64,000 bases of DNA, from contig NC_068989.1 of assembly GCF_001194135.2 (NCBI RefSeq), forward strand, positions 92,283,257 to 92,347,256, read 5' to 3'. Shown piece after piece: positions 39,805 to 53,272 of the stretch (positions within the stretch are counted from its first letter, which is position 1; the number at the start of each line of letters is the position of its first letter). The notes under the pieces are model-generated. The model had not been told where the DNA came from. It did no database searches and saw only the letters and a list, made by a program, of their open reading frames with translations. The position numbers and the translations under genes were made by a program. This DNA comes from Octopus bimaculoides. Its lineage: Eukaryota.

Positions 39805-40855
39805 AGACATAGCCGCGTTATAAGAAGTTTACTTCCCAACCACATGGTTCCGCGTTCAGCCCCACTGGGTGTCTTCTACTATAGCTTTTGACGGATCAAC
39901 ACGTTGAGAGTGGATTTGGTAAACGGAAACTGAAAGAAGCCTCTTGTGTATGTGTGTGTGTTTATGTGGCCATAACATTAGGGTTGAAACATATATATAT
40001 ATGTCATGTGCGTGTGTCTTTGAGCGTGATTTGTTCCCACCACCACCACTTCCGCTTTGGTTTGTTTAATCGGATCTTTGGGGTTTGACGGGCAACAATT
40101 TTTTTGAAGTGTTTTTGTTACCGAAACACTTTCAAACTTCGAATATTTGTATATTTTGTGGTATAGAACAAATAAAAAAATTTGTATTCGAAGTTATTTT
40201 ATGTAAAAAATTGTCGTATTTCGGTAATTTCAACCAATCACTGACGTCTATTGAGGTGAAAACAATTAATGCCGTAACGGTGTCATGGGATCTTTTCCCT
40301 TGAATAAAATTAGTCCCGTTGTTTGCAAACAACAACTACAACCATAACCCTAACCCTAACCCCAACCCTAAAACCCTAACCCTAAAACCTGAACCCTAAC
40401 CCTAAAACCTGAACCCTAACCCTAAACTCTTACTAGGGAATAATGATATAATTAAGCAGGGAATAACACACTTGACACCGAACAGCAGTAAGTGTATTCA
40501 GCTGAATAGACGTCAGTGATTGGTTGAAATTACAGAAATACGACAACTTTAACATAAAATAACTTGCGATGTACAATTTTTTTGTTAAGAAGGTTAAGAG
40601 AAAAAGTTGTTTTATATGACACATTCTACCAGTGTCCCAAGTTTGAAAGTGTTTCGTTAAGAAAACAAATGTTGCCCGTCAAACCCCAAAGGCCCGTTTA
40701 ATCTGTAACTTAGCAGTTCAGCAAAAAATACTGATAGAGTAAGTACCTGGCTTGAAAAAGTCAAAGGTTCGACTAGTGCGACTTAAAGACAAACTCTTCA
40801 AGATGGTGTCCCATCTGGCCGCAACCTAATGACTGAAACAAGTAAAAGATGTTTG
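39805..40855 (+). mobile_element. Family A SINE interrupted by a TIR element
   Basis: Head at 39805-39950; body breaks at TTTAAT (40070) and resumes at 40703 with CTGTAACTTAGCAGTTCAGCAAAA...GAAACAAGTAAAAGA. Confidence 0.75.
40071..40696. mobile_element. Non-autonomous TIR element (foldback/MITE) with ~200-bp imperfect TIRs and a central (CCCTAA)n-like tract
   Basis: CGGATCTTTGGGGTTTGACGGGCAACA ... TGTTGCCCGTCAAACCCCAAAGGCCCG; inner IR TTTCAACCAATCACTGACGTCTATT / AATAGACGTCAGTGATTGGTTGAAA; TTTAAT on both flanks. Confidence 0.9.
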
Positions 40856-41039
40856 CATGCATGAATGTATGTACGTAAGCATGTATGTCCATATATGGCT
40901 ATGGTTGTAATTTCAGGTTTGATCCCACTGCACTGCACCATGGCAAACTGTGTGTGTGTGTGTGTGTGTGTGCAATCAGTGAGAAAGAGAGACAAACATG
41001 AGATAAAGAGAGAAAAGTTAAGCGAGATCCAATATCCGG

Positions 41040-41175
41040 AATGGTATCAAATCCACTCACAAAGGCTTTGGTCGGCCCGAGGCTATAGTAGAAAACACTT
41101 TCCCAAGGTAGCACGCAGTTGGACTGAACCCGGAACCATGTGGTTGCCAAGCAAGCTTCTTACCACACATTCAGT
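41040..41175 (-). mobile_element. Family A SINE head
   Basis: CCAAATCCACTCACAAAGGCTTTGGTCGGCCCGAGGCTATAGTAGAA...GGACTGAACCCGGAACCATGTGGTTG-type match. Confidence 0.85.
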
Positions 41176-41967
41176 CTCTTTAACTACACAATTTCAGATA
41201 TAACAATAAATCTATCGCTCTGACTGTGTACATACACACACAAGTGTGTGTATGTGTCTATATACATGTAGATAGAGTATAGATAATACCCCGAGGCAAA
41301 CGGATATCGGACAAGAGGAAAGGACACGGAATACGTACTAAAACAATATCCTGCTATTCACGGTCAGCACACACTACCATTATCACAATGGAGTGACTGA
41401 AATTACTTTTCGACAAATGCGAAAGCATTGTAATGATGTGGGGTGGGGGCATTGTTTATTTCATATATTTGCATTAATTTATGTTTCTTTATGGTTCATA
41501 AAATTAGTTTCGTTAACTAATCCCAGCATCCAGTATTTATATTAACGCAACATAGAAAATAATGGAATCATTTATTTAATTTCCAAAAGATAATTTCAAT
41601 TCAATTTACCTGCTATATCTAAAGTGTCTATACATACATACCTACATACATACTACTCACATGCATATGTATATATGTACATATAGATATAAATATATAT
41701 GTACACAGGGGTAATTATACATAGATGCACATATATGTATGTATGTATGTATACTCACACACATGCATGTATATTTAATTTAAGTGACGAGAAAATATTT
41801 AATCCGATTTTATATACTTAATTTTAGAAGCTAATCATGCTATATACAAAACTAATTACATATAATGACATTTTATAATTATATATATAATGGTGTATAC
41901 ATATGTAGGAAAGTTTCTCTTTACACATTACTGCTAAATAGTCAGTTATTATATTATTATAAGTTAC

Positions 41968-42166
41968 CTTTTTGGTTTTGCAAAGTATAAGGCGCTGTCT
42001 GTTTGCTTGCGCTAAACTTATTTTCTCCAAGTTCAAAATGTATATCATTTCTACTTATTACAGTTCTCAATACAAGTTTCTCAACTCTACGCTTCCACTT
42101 AGAAAAGGAAGCATGTCCTTGGTTGTCTGGAGACCCATGTTTCTTTACTTTTGTAAAACCTCTCAT
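41968..42166 (-). CDS. Candidate first coding exon (66 codons + 1 nt)
   Basis: Complex open frame MRGFTKVKKHGSPDNQGHASFSKWKRRVEKLVLRTVISRNDIHFELGENK... ending at donor-like AAG|GTAACT; no family recognised. Confidence 0.2.
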
Positions 42167-42332
42167 CGCTTTACCCACACACACACACATTTATGATTTA
42201 ATGATTTATTAAACGTATATGAATACTGGAAAAGCGAAACGCTGTGAATCTAGTGCAGCAAAAGTCACTTTATAGAGTGTTATATTAAAAAATATTATAT
42301 ACTTCAGCGAAAGTTAGGCGAAATCGAATAGA

Positions 42333-42354
42333 ACCGGAAGTGACCAGGGAAGTG
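42333..42354. promoter_or_regulatory. Tandem ETS-type motifs (ACCGGAAGTG and AGGGAAGTG)
   Basis: Consensus match inside a non-repeat, CpG-containing patch. Confidence 0.3.
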
Positions 42355-43377
42355 ATAGATACGTATTTCGCAGTTGTTGCGGATTCTCAGTCTCATATAC
42401 TCTTACCACTTCTGAAGCAAAATCGAATCTGCCGCTTTCAAGTGCATACAAAGAGTGCATAATCTATACACTGATATTTAAAGACCCATATTCACAGAGC
42501 AAAATTGGGAATACTGCAACAGAAGCAGCCCCGCAGTAAAAATGTTTGTTATTTTCTTAACAAACATTAAGTATGTTACAGTGACAAAATTTNNNNNNNN
42601 NNNNNNNNNNNNNNNNNNNNNNNNNNNNNNNNNNNNNNNNNNNNNNNNNNNNNNNNNNNNNNNNNNNNNNNNNNNNNNNNNNNNNNNNNNNNAAATTTTG
42701 TCACTGTAACATACTTAATGTTTGTTAAGAAAATAACAAACAGAATATCTTGACCATGAAAAAAAACAGTCATTTACGTAAATTACCAATTTACAATTGT
42801 ATTTTCTAAATGTCTAAGCACTTATACATAAGAAATTTCTAAAATAACAGCACCAGTTTTTAGATATATTTATTCAGTTTTGCTTTTGTTTCTGTATTTT
42901 TGACTGTTTTTTTTTTCGTTATTTCTTTGCTTAGCCTTTCCAAGACATTCTTTTAGTATGTCTTTATAATTTGGCATTAAAAAGTGAGCTTATTAGTAAA
43001 ATGATAATTAGCAGATGTTAATCAATTGTAGTCAATATTAGTCCTGTTGTGTTTTTTTTTCCAAATAGAATCTCTTTCAAGCAAATCCCATGCCGTAGGC
43101 TTCAGTGGTGCGACAGAGATAACGAGGGATACATAAATAGTTATTAGTCGTATGTATGTGTGTCCATGCGTGTGTATGTATATGTATGTGCGTGTGCATG
43201 TGCGTAAGCGTGAATGTGTGTATGGGTGCGTGTGTGTGTGTATTCTCATCATATGTGTATATATACATTTGTATAACAATATGCATATATATATATATAT
43301 GTATGTATATATATATATATATACTCACACACAGACTATATATAATCATCAACATACGTCCATATATCTATGTATTT

Positions 43378-43473
<96 letters not shown>

Positions 43474-43761
43474 GTGTGTTCGTAACTATGTATGTATGAG
43501 CATGCACACTGATGCACGTGAAAGCCGTCTTAACGATTCGGCAATGATATTTGGCAGCAAGATCTTCGATGAACCGGAAATTAGAGTGAAATTGTTTAGC
43601 TTTTAACTTGTCGGCTTTAATTAAATATCTTGTAGATCGTAATTTGCTAGCACAAATGATATAATTTGGCCAGAAAGATGCGGAATGCGTAACCATTGCA
43701 TTTCCTGTTATCCTGATTTATGATCGCTGAGGTTTACAGCTACAATGTATTAACAGAATAG

Positions 43762-43851
43762 ATGTATCGAGGTAAATATCAGAACGACGAGAGAGGATGG
43801 AGTGAGAGGTTGAACTTAGGACAACTTGAAACGTCAGAGAGACAAAGAAAG
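43762..43851 (+). CDS. Candidate coding exon, 30 codons
   Basis: ATG-open frame MYRGKYQNDERGWSERLNLGQLETSERQRK ending at a strong donor AAG|GTAAGC. Confidence 0.18.
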
Positions 43852-43919
43852 GTAAGCATTAACGAATTCGTCTCTGTATGTGCATGTGTATACATACGGA
43901 TATGTGCACACACACACAT

Positions 43920-43956
<37 letters not shown>

Positions 43957-44500
43957 NNNNNNNNNNNNNNNNNNNNNNNNNNNNNNNNNNNNNNNNNNNN
44001 NNNNNNNNNNNNNNNNNNNNNNNNNNNNNNNNNNNNNNNNNNNNNNNNNNNNNNNNNNNNNNNNNNNNNNNNNNNNNNNNNNNNNNNNNNNNNNNNNNNN
44101 NNNNNNNNNNNNNNNNNNNNNNNNNNNNNNNNNNNNNNNNNNNNNNNNNNNNNNNNNNNNNNNNNNNNNNNNNNNNNNNNNNNNNNNNNNNNNNNNNNNN
44201 NNNNNNNNNNNNNNNNNNNNNNNNNNNNNNNNNNNNNNNNNNNNNNNNNNNNNNNNNNNNNNNNNNNNNNNNNNNNNNNNNNNNNNNNNNNNNNNNNNNN
44301 NNNNNNNNNNNNNNNNNNNNNNNNNNNNNNNNNNNNNNNNNNNNNNNNNNNNNNNNNNNNNNNNNNNNNNNNNNNNNNNNNNNNNNNNNNNNNCGTACGC
44401 ACCTACATGCAAAACAAACATTATGCACGTTTGCGTATATATCTCCCACGCTAATTCTGTCTTCCTCTGCACGTGTGTATATATATATATATATATAGAT

Positions 44501-44554
<54 letters not shown>

Positions 44555-44609
44555 CTTAATTGGAAGAGAATGCGTGGCATTCAATCATATAATAATATAA
44601 ATAATACAT

Positions 44610-44653
<44 letters not shown>

Positions 44654-45055
44654 TCCCAGCAGTATACTGGATAGATACTATCCCTTAGTGGGCTGTACCC
44701 CCAACCCCTAACTCTCTCACGTTATATATATATATATACATACATACATACGTATATGTACATACTTACATCTATGCGTACTATTTATATTATATATATA
44801 AATTCAGTTGTCACTAATAATGACTGAGAGTGCACAGTAGCCGCTAAGTTGCTAGAAACAAAAATCATGTACCCTCATAGCCGCAAACAGCACATTGTTT
44901 ATGTACTGAAAGGTGAGGCAACTGCCCACAGCTACCGAGGTCATTATACTAGCAAGCTAATTTCGCTTGGAATTAAAGCACATCAGTAGTGATTATGCCA
45001 TCGCTTATTATTAAATCAAATCCTTCCTGCCAGCACACGATATTTAACATATGAA

Positions 45056-45417
45056 AAGCGGCGAGCTGGCAGGAAAGGCATCCAGCTAGTTGCCTTTCAT
45101 CCTTTCGGGGTCAATAAATTAAGTATCAGTTACGAACTGGCGTCGATGTTATCGACTTATTCCCTTTGTCTATCCTTGTTTGCCCTCTCTATGTTTAGCC
45201 CCTTGTGGGCAATAAAGAAGTAAGAAACTTTTGCACGGTGGGACGCTTAGCGGTATTCCGTCTGTCTCTATGTTCTGAGTTCAAATTCCACCGAGGTCGA
45301 TGTTGCTTTTTATCCTTTCCAGGTCGATAAATTTAGTACCAGTTGCATACTGGAGTCGATCTAATAGACTGGTCCCCCTCCCACCAAATTTCAGCCCTTG
45401 TTCCTTGAGTAGAAAAA
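45056..45417 (+). mobile_element. SINE family C, two partial copies in tandem
   Basis: GCGGCGAGCTGGCAG head; TTGCCTTTCATCCTTTCGGGGTC and GAGGTCGATGTTGCTTTTTATCCTTTCCAGGTCGATAA repeats. Confidence 0.85.
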
Positions 45418-45714
45418 AATATTTAACATATGAATTAATTGATGTTTCAGCAAAATGGTAATATGAAAATTAGGGTTAGGGTAAGGTGGTTAGACGCAAT
45501 ATAAAACAAAAAGGAAAAAGTTTAATTTTTGCTAATAGTGATTCAGTGAGCAGGTTAGAACCTACATTGCGAGTAACAAGTGTGGCAGACCCATATATCT
45601 ACAAAACGCAATGCTTCTAGCAATAGAGGTGCCACCCTGCAACCTCAGTCACTGTCAGTGACAAATTTTTTGTTTTTAGTTTTCTATTGCGTGTGGCTAC
45701 CTTCGTTATTATGT

Positions 45715-45724
45715 GCGCGCGCGC

Positions 45725-45803
<79 letters not shown>

Positions 45804-45804
45804 T
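45715..45804. repeat. (GCGT)n tetranucleotide tract
   Basis: Directly visible; unusually CpG-dense for this window. Confidence 0.97.
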
Positions 45805-46426
45805 GTGTGTGTGTGTGTGTGTTTGCTAAATGATGTTGGTGTTGGTAAAAATGGTAGTAGAGAATGATGTTGGTGCAACTTGTTAATGGTGGGGATTTAT
45901 GGATGTTATGTATTTACCAATATTTATACACACGTGTATATATACACAGTTATATTTGTACATATATACTTATACGCACACTTATATTTACAATGATATG
46001 CATGTATTTATTGCTTATTCACACAAATAAACACACACACATGTATATATGTACCTGCAAACATATATGTGTATGTACGTATGTGTATGCATGTATGAAA
46101 CTACAAATAACTTCACACTTACGCGTGTGCATGCTTTGATGTACTTCTCCAGCGTGTATAAGAGGGTGTATGCGAGTCTGTATATAAGTCTATATTTCAT
46201 TCAGTACATATGTTCCAAAATAAAACCTGTAAATTCTTCTTTGATCTCGACACTGGCAGCACAAATTCTTCAAAATAGAAGATGTCTCATTATTTACATC
46301 ATTCTTGACGACCACCTCAAACCTGTCACACACACGTACGCTCGTGTACACATTGACTTATAATCAAACGTGTGCATACATAAATACACACAGGCACATA
46401 CACATGATTACATACATGCATGTATA

Positions 46427-46529
<103 letters not shown>

Positions 46530-46921
46530 CATAAAGGTATACATAAATATTTGTATACACACATATATATAACAGCAGATGGAAATTGGTTCATTCACTA
46601 CAGCTGTTTCAAACAAGTTTTTTTTTATTTATACACACATGTATATATACACAGTTATATTTGTACATATATACTTATACGCACACTTATATTTACAATG
46701 ATATGCATGTAATTATTACATCATGCAAAAAAATCGCTTCCTTCAGCTGAAACATTCCAAGAATCCAAATTATGTACCACTTCGTTATTCCTGGCTAGCT
46801 TCAGCCAACGAGTTGGTAGTTTACAATATAAGTAACCGATTCACTCAAATCCTGAACCCCTATATATATGCAGACACACAGAAATATATTTGTGTGTAGA
46901 TATACATAGATATATTTGTAT

Positions 46922-46966
<45 letters not shown>

Positions 46967-47233
46967 TATATATATATATATNNNNNNNNNNNNNNNNNNN
47001 NNNNNNNNNNNNNNNNNNNNNNNNNNNNNNNNNNNNNNNNNNNNNNNNNNNNNNNNNNNNNNNNNNNNNNNNNNNNNNNNNNNNNNNNNNNNNNAGATAG
47101 ATAGACAGATAGATATATAGATAGATAGATAGATAGATAGAAAGATAGATGGATAGACAGATAGACAAATAAATACATACACATGTATGCATGCAATTTT
47201 AAGTACATCTATAAATATATATGTTTGTGTTCA

Positions 47234-47277
<44 letters not shown>

Positions 47278-47499
47278 CATACATACATGCACAAACACAC
47301 ACAAGCATGCACACACTCATATACACATCCAAACACGTGCACACATACACACGCACAGGTTGTAGTGTAGTTTTAGCCATAGCGTTTGTATGCGATTGTA
47401 TTTGTGAAGATAAAAGGGAATATTTCATAGAAGCGACTCTTATCTAACGCTGATAAACTTGGATTTCTTCGTAAGCATCATTGATTACCCTGCTTTTCT

Positions 47500-47697
47500 A
47501 GTCTAAGCACAAGGCTCGAATTTGGGGGGGGGGGAGAAGGCCAGTCGATTAGATCGAACCAGTACGCAACTGGTACTTAATTTATCGACCCCCAAAAGAA
47601 TGAAAAGCAACGTCGACCTCGGCGGAATTTGAACTCAGACGAAATACCGCTAAGCATTTTGCCCGTCCTGGTAAAGTTTCTGTCAGCTCGCCGCCCT
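47500..47697 (-). mobile_element. SINE family C
   Basis: TGGTACTTAATTTATCGACCCC...GTCGACCTCGGCGGAATTTGAACTCAG...TGTCAGCTCGCCGCC. Confidence 0.9.
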
Positions 47698-47754
47698 TAA
47701 ACACACTAATATTAATGAGCATCCTAATCATAGTAGTGTTCTATTAAAACAATA

Positions 47755-47823
47755 GTGGTGGAGGTGATGGGGGAGAAGTGGTGGAGGTGATGGGGGAGAA
47801 GTGGTGGAGGTGATGGGGGAGAA
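47755..47823. repeat. Three perfect copies of a 23-bp G-rich minisatellite
   Basis: GTGGTGGAGGTGATGGGGGAGAA x3. Confidence 0.95.
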
Positions 47824-48194
47824 GAGGAGGAGGAGCGGTGAGTACGACAAGTATTTTATGAATGCATTTTTTAAATTTTCTTACATCTGACAAGAATGGT
47901 AAGTTGGGAATGGATAGGAATAAAAATGTGCATAGAAAAAAAAACTGGATAGCAAAAAAAAACAAAAAAAACAAACAAACTGTGGAATGTATTGAAAACA
48001 TGTGACTGAATCGTAAATAATCTGGCAGTGACACGTCAGGCCTTCCTCCCCCTCATACAGAAACAAATCACAGTATCAAACACACATATACACACGCGCA
48101 CACACGAGCGCGCATAAATTCATACACACCTGGATACACATAAATTCACATTATTCTAAAAATATTTAGTACATTTATATTTCACGTGATTATA

Positions 48195-48227
<33 letters not shown>

Positions 48228-48630
48228 ACACACATACATGTATGTATGTATGAATGTACGTTTGTACGTATGTATATTTATGTATATGCATGTATATACA
48301 TATATATCTACGTAAATTGTAAATTAATATGGATGTGTTTTTCTATATAAATATTTATATATATATGAATGTAGACAGGTATAAAGTATAATTACCATGT
48401 GCATTTAAATAAATACGACATAGAATTGCATATATAATTCATGAATATATATTTGGAAACACGTTTAAAATATACGTTCATATAATTTCACCTTTTTCTT
48501 TATATGTATAATAATATCTTCGCATATGTATTCTTTTAATCAATACATTGTGAATAACACTCGAAAGATGAAAATCGTGCAGGCACTCACCGAACTGACA
48601 TACAAATAATTAAATACATACATACATACA

Positions 48631-48708
<78 letters not shown>

Positions 48709-48711
<3 letters not shown>

Positions 48712-49540
48712 GGGCTGCACAAAATAATGGAAACACCTTAACCTTTTAAACCTTTGGCAGTAATTAAAACTTGAATTCGAGGTATGGACTCCTACAAAGT
48801 TTGAATTGTTTCCAAAAGCAACTGTGTCCATTCTTCAGCTAAAACCGTCCCTAGTTCTTGTATAGTAACCTCTGACAAAAGGCCACTGTGCCAGTAAGTC
48901 CATGTTTAACTTCAAACACATCACCCGCTTCTCTTTCCAGACAAATTGCTTCTCTGTCAAGCTTCCTGTTAGTCAGAATTCCTTTTATTCCAATAGCTTC
49001 TTTCTTTGGGCTGCTGCTCTCTATCGTCTTCTTTTCCACTTTTGATATTTTTGGTAGAGTAATCTTATCTTCCCAGACGCATCATTTCAGTTTTGAGCTT
49101 CCTGGTAGTCCTAAGTTCTTTCATTCTAAAAGCTGCATTCCTCAAACTGCTGCTCTCTGTTACTCACCACAATTCTATTGATTTCCTCTGGTCGATGATA
49201 ATCAGTCCTTCAAATTTTATGTCGAACGACGAAGTCTTTTGAAGTTTTAAGCAGCCTTCTTTTCCATTTTTGTAGTTCCTTACGCCATATTGGCCTCAAG
49301 TCTTCTTTAGGACAAAACTGTATGAAAACTAAATCCTTCACAATTGCTTTTGTTGTTCATCCTTACAATGATCGAGAATCAAACCTACCGAAAATTCTCC
49401 AACATCTCAAAAATTAACCCTTGTCTTCGGGGGAAAATATTTAATCTCTCAACGATTGATGAGGCTCACAAGAGGGTGTTAGCCCCTTTATCTTCGCAGA
49501 CGACATCCAAAGAAAGAACACCTGTTTTTTTTAATTTTTT
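48709..49540. mobile_element. Possible decayed DNA transposon (Tc1-like TIR at left end)
   Basis: CAGGGGCTGCACAAAATAATGGAAACACC resembles Tc1-type termini; the interior is complex but no transposase motif was recognised and no right TIR was found. Confidence 0.25.
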
Positions 49541-50103
49541 TCCTTTATGATAACTTTATTGTCCAAATTTTGGACAACAATTATATCTCCTTTTTCTCCC
49601 CCTACCTCTTCGTATCAAACACACACATTCTCCCTCTACTTCTCTCCCACTTTCCTTCTATCCTCTTCTCTTTTCTCTTTCTCTCCCCCTCTCATCTTCT
49701 CAGAGATTGCTCCCGTCCCTCCCACATTTACAGTGGCTCTTCAGACACACTTGTCTCTCCTCTTATCATGCACATTGTGTTCTCTTACACCCCTCCCGTC
49801 ATACCCCTAGAACTCCACTCTAACCTGTGACATCTATCTTTCTCTCTTACAATGTCGTCTCTCTTGGATTCCTTCCCGTTTAATGGATTTCTTCTGTCCA
49901 TCGACTTGGAACAGTTAACCAAGAACTAAACGCGATGTGACAGGTTGGCAACAGCTACAGGCACTGCACCTTCTGTCAAATACAACTTGAAAAAATATAT
50001 ATGCATAGATTATGTGTGTGCATGTGTGTATGTGTGTACGTATGTATGTATGAGGAATAAACGAACTTTAGATAAGTTAAACTATGTTCGTGACATGATT
50101 TAA

Positions 50104-50281
50104 CTTCTAAAGGCAAATTTCCTGCAGATTCTGTGCAAGAAAATTCTCTCTAATGATAAAAGTTTTGAAAATACGATATTTTCCCAGTGCTTCCCTCAAG
50201 AGAAATTGCCCTGGGCAGAAATGGTGTTTTTACACCTCTTAACATAACGGAATTTTTTTGCACGGAAATTTGATTTACAAG
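50104..50281. mobile_element. Small MITE flanked by TTAA
   Basis: TTAA|CTTCTAAAGGCAAATTTCC...GTGCAAGAAAATTC pairs imperfectly with GGAATTTTTTTGCACGGAAATTTGATTTACAAG|TTAA. Confidence 0.55.
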
Positions 50282-50444
50282 TTAAAGTATGTATGTATGT
50301 ATTTATGTATGTATGTGTGTACAGATATATATACATATATATTATATAGTTGAGGTGTGTTCTTTTAAGGACGTATTAGACTACAAATAGAGCTGTCTAA
50401 CTTACTCTTTCTTTTAACTCTTACTTTTTACATATTATATATAC

Positions 50445-50484
<40 letters not shown>

Positions 50485-50567
50485 GATCAACATTGAACTA
50501 AATAAATATAATACGCTTATTCATAGATAGAAAGATAGATAACTAGATAGGCATTCGTATATATATG

Positions 50568-50601
<34 letters not shown>

Positions 50602-51312
50602 TGCATAATTGTATTTTTATCTAATTCATTGTCAGTTAAATATATGGGAAATAATATAATAATATTTGTTTTTGAACTTTATTTTCTTGTAATAATTTTA
50701 AAAGTGACAGAAACGGGAATAAACACAACGGAATTAATAAAATGTCTGCGACAAAATCACTTTAGAAAACAAAAGGAATTAAAAACACTAAGAGATATAT
50801 TTGCTTTGTACAAATATTTGCACAGAATAATATGAAGCTTTTATGCTACCGGCTCTTATCGAAGAAAATATAAATAATAAAAATGAAACTGTATTTATCG
50901 TTCTTTCTTGATTGATTAACGTACTTGTTTGACCTTAAATTTCAACCGTGGGTAATCTGATTGTTGTAAATGAGTTCAATGTTTTCTTTTTCTTTTTTCT
51001 TTTTTATTATCTGTTTTTAGCGTCGCATAACCAAGCACAGAGGCTATGGATTTGATTGGGGTAACTATTATTGAAATTAACAGATGTTAATTTTGTCATA
51101 ATCTTCACTGAAATTAAACGTTTCGTAGACGAAAATAGTTATTTGCCGAAGTATCGAGTGAGACATGTCAGAGAAATTCGAAGGAAAAGTGGAAGCGTAT
51201 GAAGTGCATGACTGCATGGTTGAGAAGCTAGTTGAGCAATCACCTGGTTTCAGGTTCAAACCCACTGTGTAAGACCTTGTGAAATGTCTTCTGCTATAAA
51301 TCCAGGCGATGA

Positions 51313-52335
51313 ATGTGTACTACATATCGCTTTCCAGATGCTCCGAATTACGCAGACAAGTTTGAAGACTACCTTACACGAATAGAAATTCTAGTTACAT
51401 TAGAACAACACATAAGCGTACTTCTTGTGGGAGACCTCAATCTGCCCAATGTTGGATGGCCTGAGGGACTTTCCCTCCCAGAAATGGCACGTTGCGAACA
51501 AGAACAGCTGAAGTCCTTCCTGAATCTTATCGACAATTTGTAAATGGAACAAGTAGTACTCCAACCAACCAGGGAAAGTGATATACTGGATCTCTACTTC
51601 AAAAATAATATGGACCTCATCCATCATGTGAAAGTGACACCGCAGCTGCTCTCAGATCACAACATGATAGCTGACCATGTACGGATCAAAGGATACCATG
51701 GGATTGCAGCCTACAAGAAACTCTCAAAATCTTTCCAGTTTGAACTTCCATAAGGCAATCTGGAAACAAATTGAGAAAGAGATCCTCGAACAAAACTGGA
51801 CTAAATGTCTCTCCTCACCGGACATCGACATGAAACTTCAACAATTCATGTTTGTAATGCAAGCCATATGCTGCAAATGTGTCCCGGAGAGAAAGGCCAC
51901 TGTACACATGGACAAAATCCCCAGGGAGAGGAAAGTTCTTATGAGACGGCGTACAAAAATTTCAAATCGCCTAAGCAAAAAAATTTAAAGCGGTGAAAAA
52001 TCCCGCCTGAAAATACGACTGCTGGAGATTGAACAAACTCTGCAACTCTCCCATGAAAAAGAAAGAGCAGACAAAGAAGTCTGGGCTTTAGATAATATAA
52101 AATCTAACCCCGAAGCCTTCTACAAGTTTGCCAAAGAAACAGCCTCCGTGCACTGCAGAGTAGGGCCATTCCTCGAAAAAAATGGTTCACTCACAGGAAA
52201 CCCAATGAGGATTAGTGAAATACTAAATGAGCAAATCAAAAGTGTTTTTACTCCATCCCTAGGACATTTGCAAGACAGCAACCAGCTGACTTCTTCGCCA
52301 CTGGAAATACAAAAACATATGCAGTGATGATTGAT
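51313..52335 (+). pseudogene. CR1/L2-type LINE ORF2 fragment (APE endonuclease C-half plus linker)
   Basis: YRFPD; LLVGDLNLPNV; QPTRESDILDLYF; LSDHNMI; NFHKAIW; IKSNPEAFYKFAK; ILNEQIKSVFT; stops and frameshifts. Confidence 0.9.
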
Positions 52336-52655
52336 TACATCAATATAAAAAAGATGATGTAATACAGAAGTAAATGTTATGTAGCAATACCAAATTGCAG
52401 TGACCCAGCATGGCCACGGTTCATACATACAATAAAATACTTTAATATATTAAATATACTATCATATAGGTTGCCCGTTAGTAATTAAGACCTAAAGGCA
52501 AGTTAATAAATACGGGTACCAATTGGTACCCGCATTGCTAGAAATAAGAGTAAAAACAACCCGAATAGCCACAAAGAGCATAAGATTTCTAGGAATGCCG
52601 GTACAATTTTGTACCCTTTTTATATTTATAGAGAGAGACACACATACACACGTAC

Positions 52656-52703
<48 letters not shown>

Positions 52704-53218
52704 AAATACATGTATGTGTGTGTATATATATATGTATATACATGTATGTGTTTAAGTGTAAGCACATATACATGTGAATATGCATATGTGTATATTTATG
52801 TGTGTATTCGGCATTTCACATCGAGGCATTTAATCCGAGTACAAAATACAAGGTCAGCGGCATAATATTTATATCTGTACATGATGAGAACAAGACCAGA
52901 ATCTACCCAACCGCACCTGACGCTTTGATCTCCCGTTCTATCGCCTCTTAACCAAAATATATGTCCCAGTTTTTTTTAGATAGCAGGGACAAGTTATTTT
53001 ATGAGCTACCAAGCGCGTGTATATATGTGTGTGTGGGGGAGGTATATATGTAAGTGCTTATAATACAAGGAGAGAAAAAGTCAATAGCGTGAATCTCTTC
53101 AGCTCTCCTTTTATACACACACACTGCATGCGTATAAATAAATATACATACACACATATATATATATTTTTCTATAAATACATATACATATATATAGGTA
53201 TTTACACACCTATGTATG

Positions 53219-53272
<54 letters not shown>

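Noticed and set aside
40345-40425. Telomere or chromosome-fusion scar
   Set aside because: Short, degenerate and enclosed by the TIRs of an inserted element
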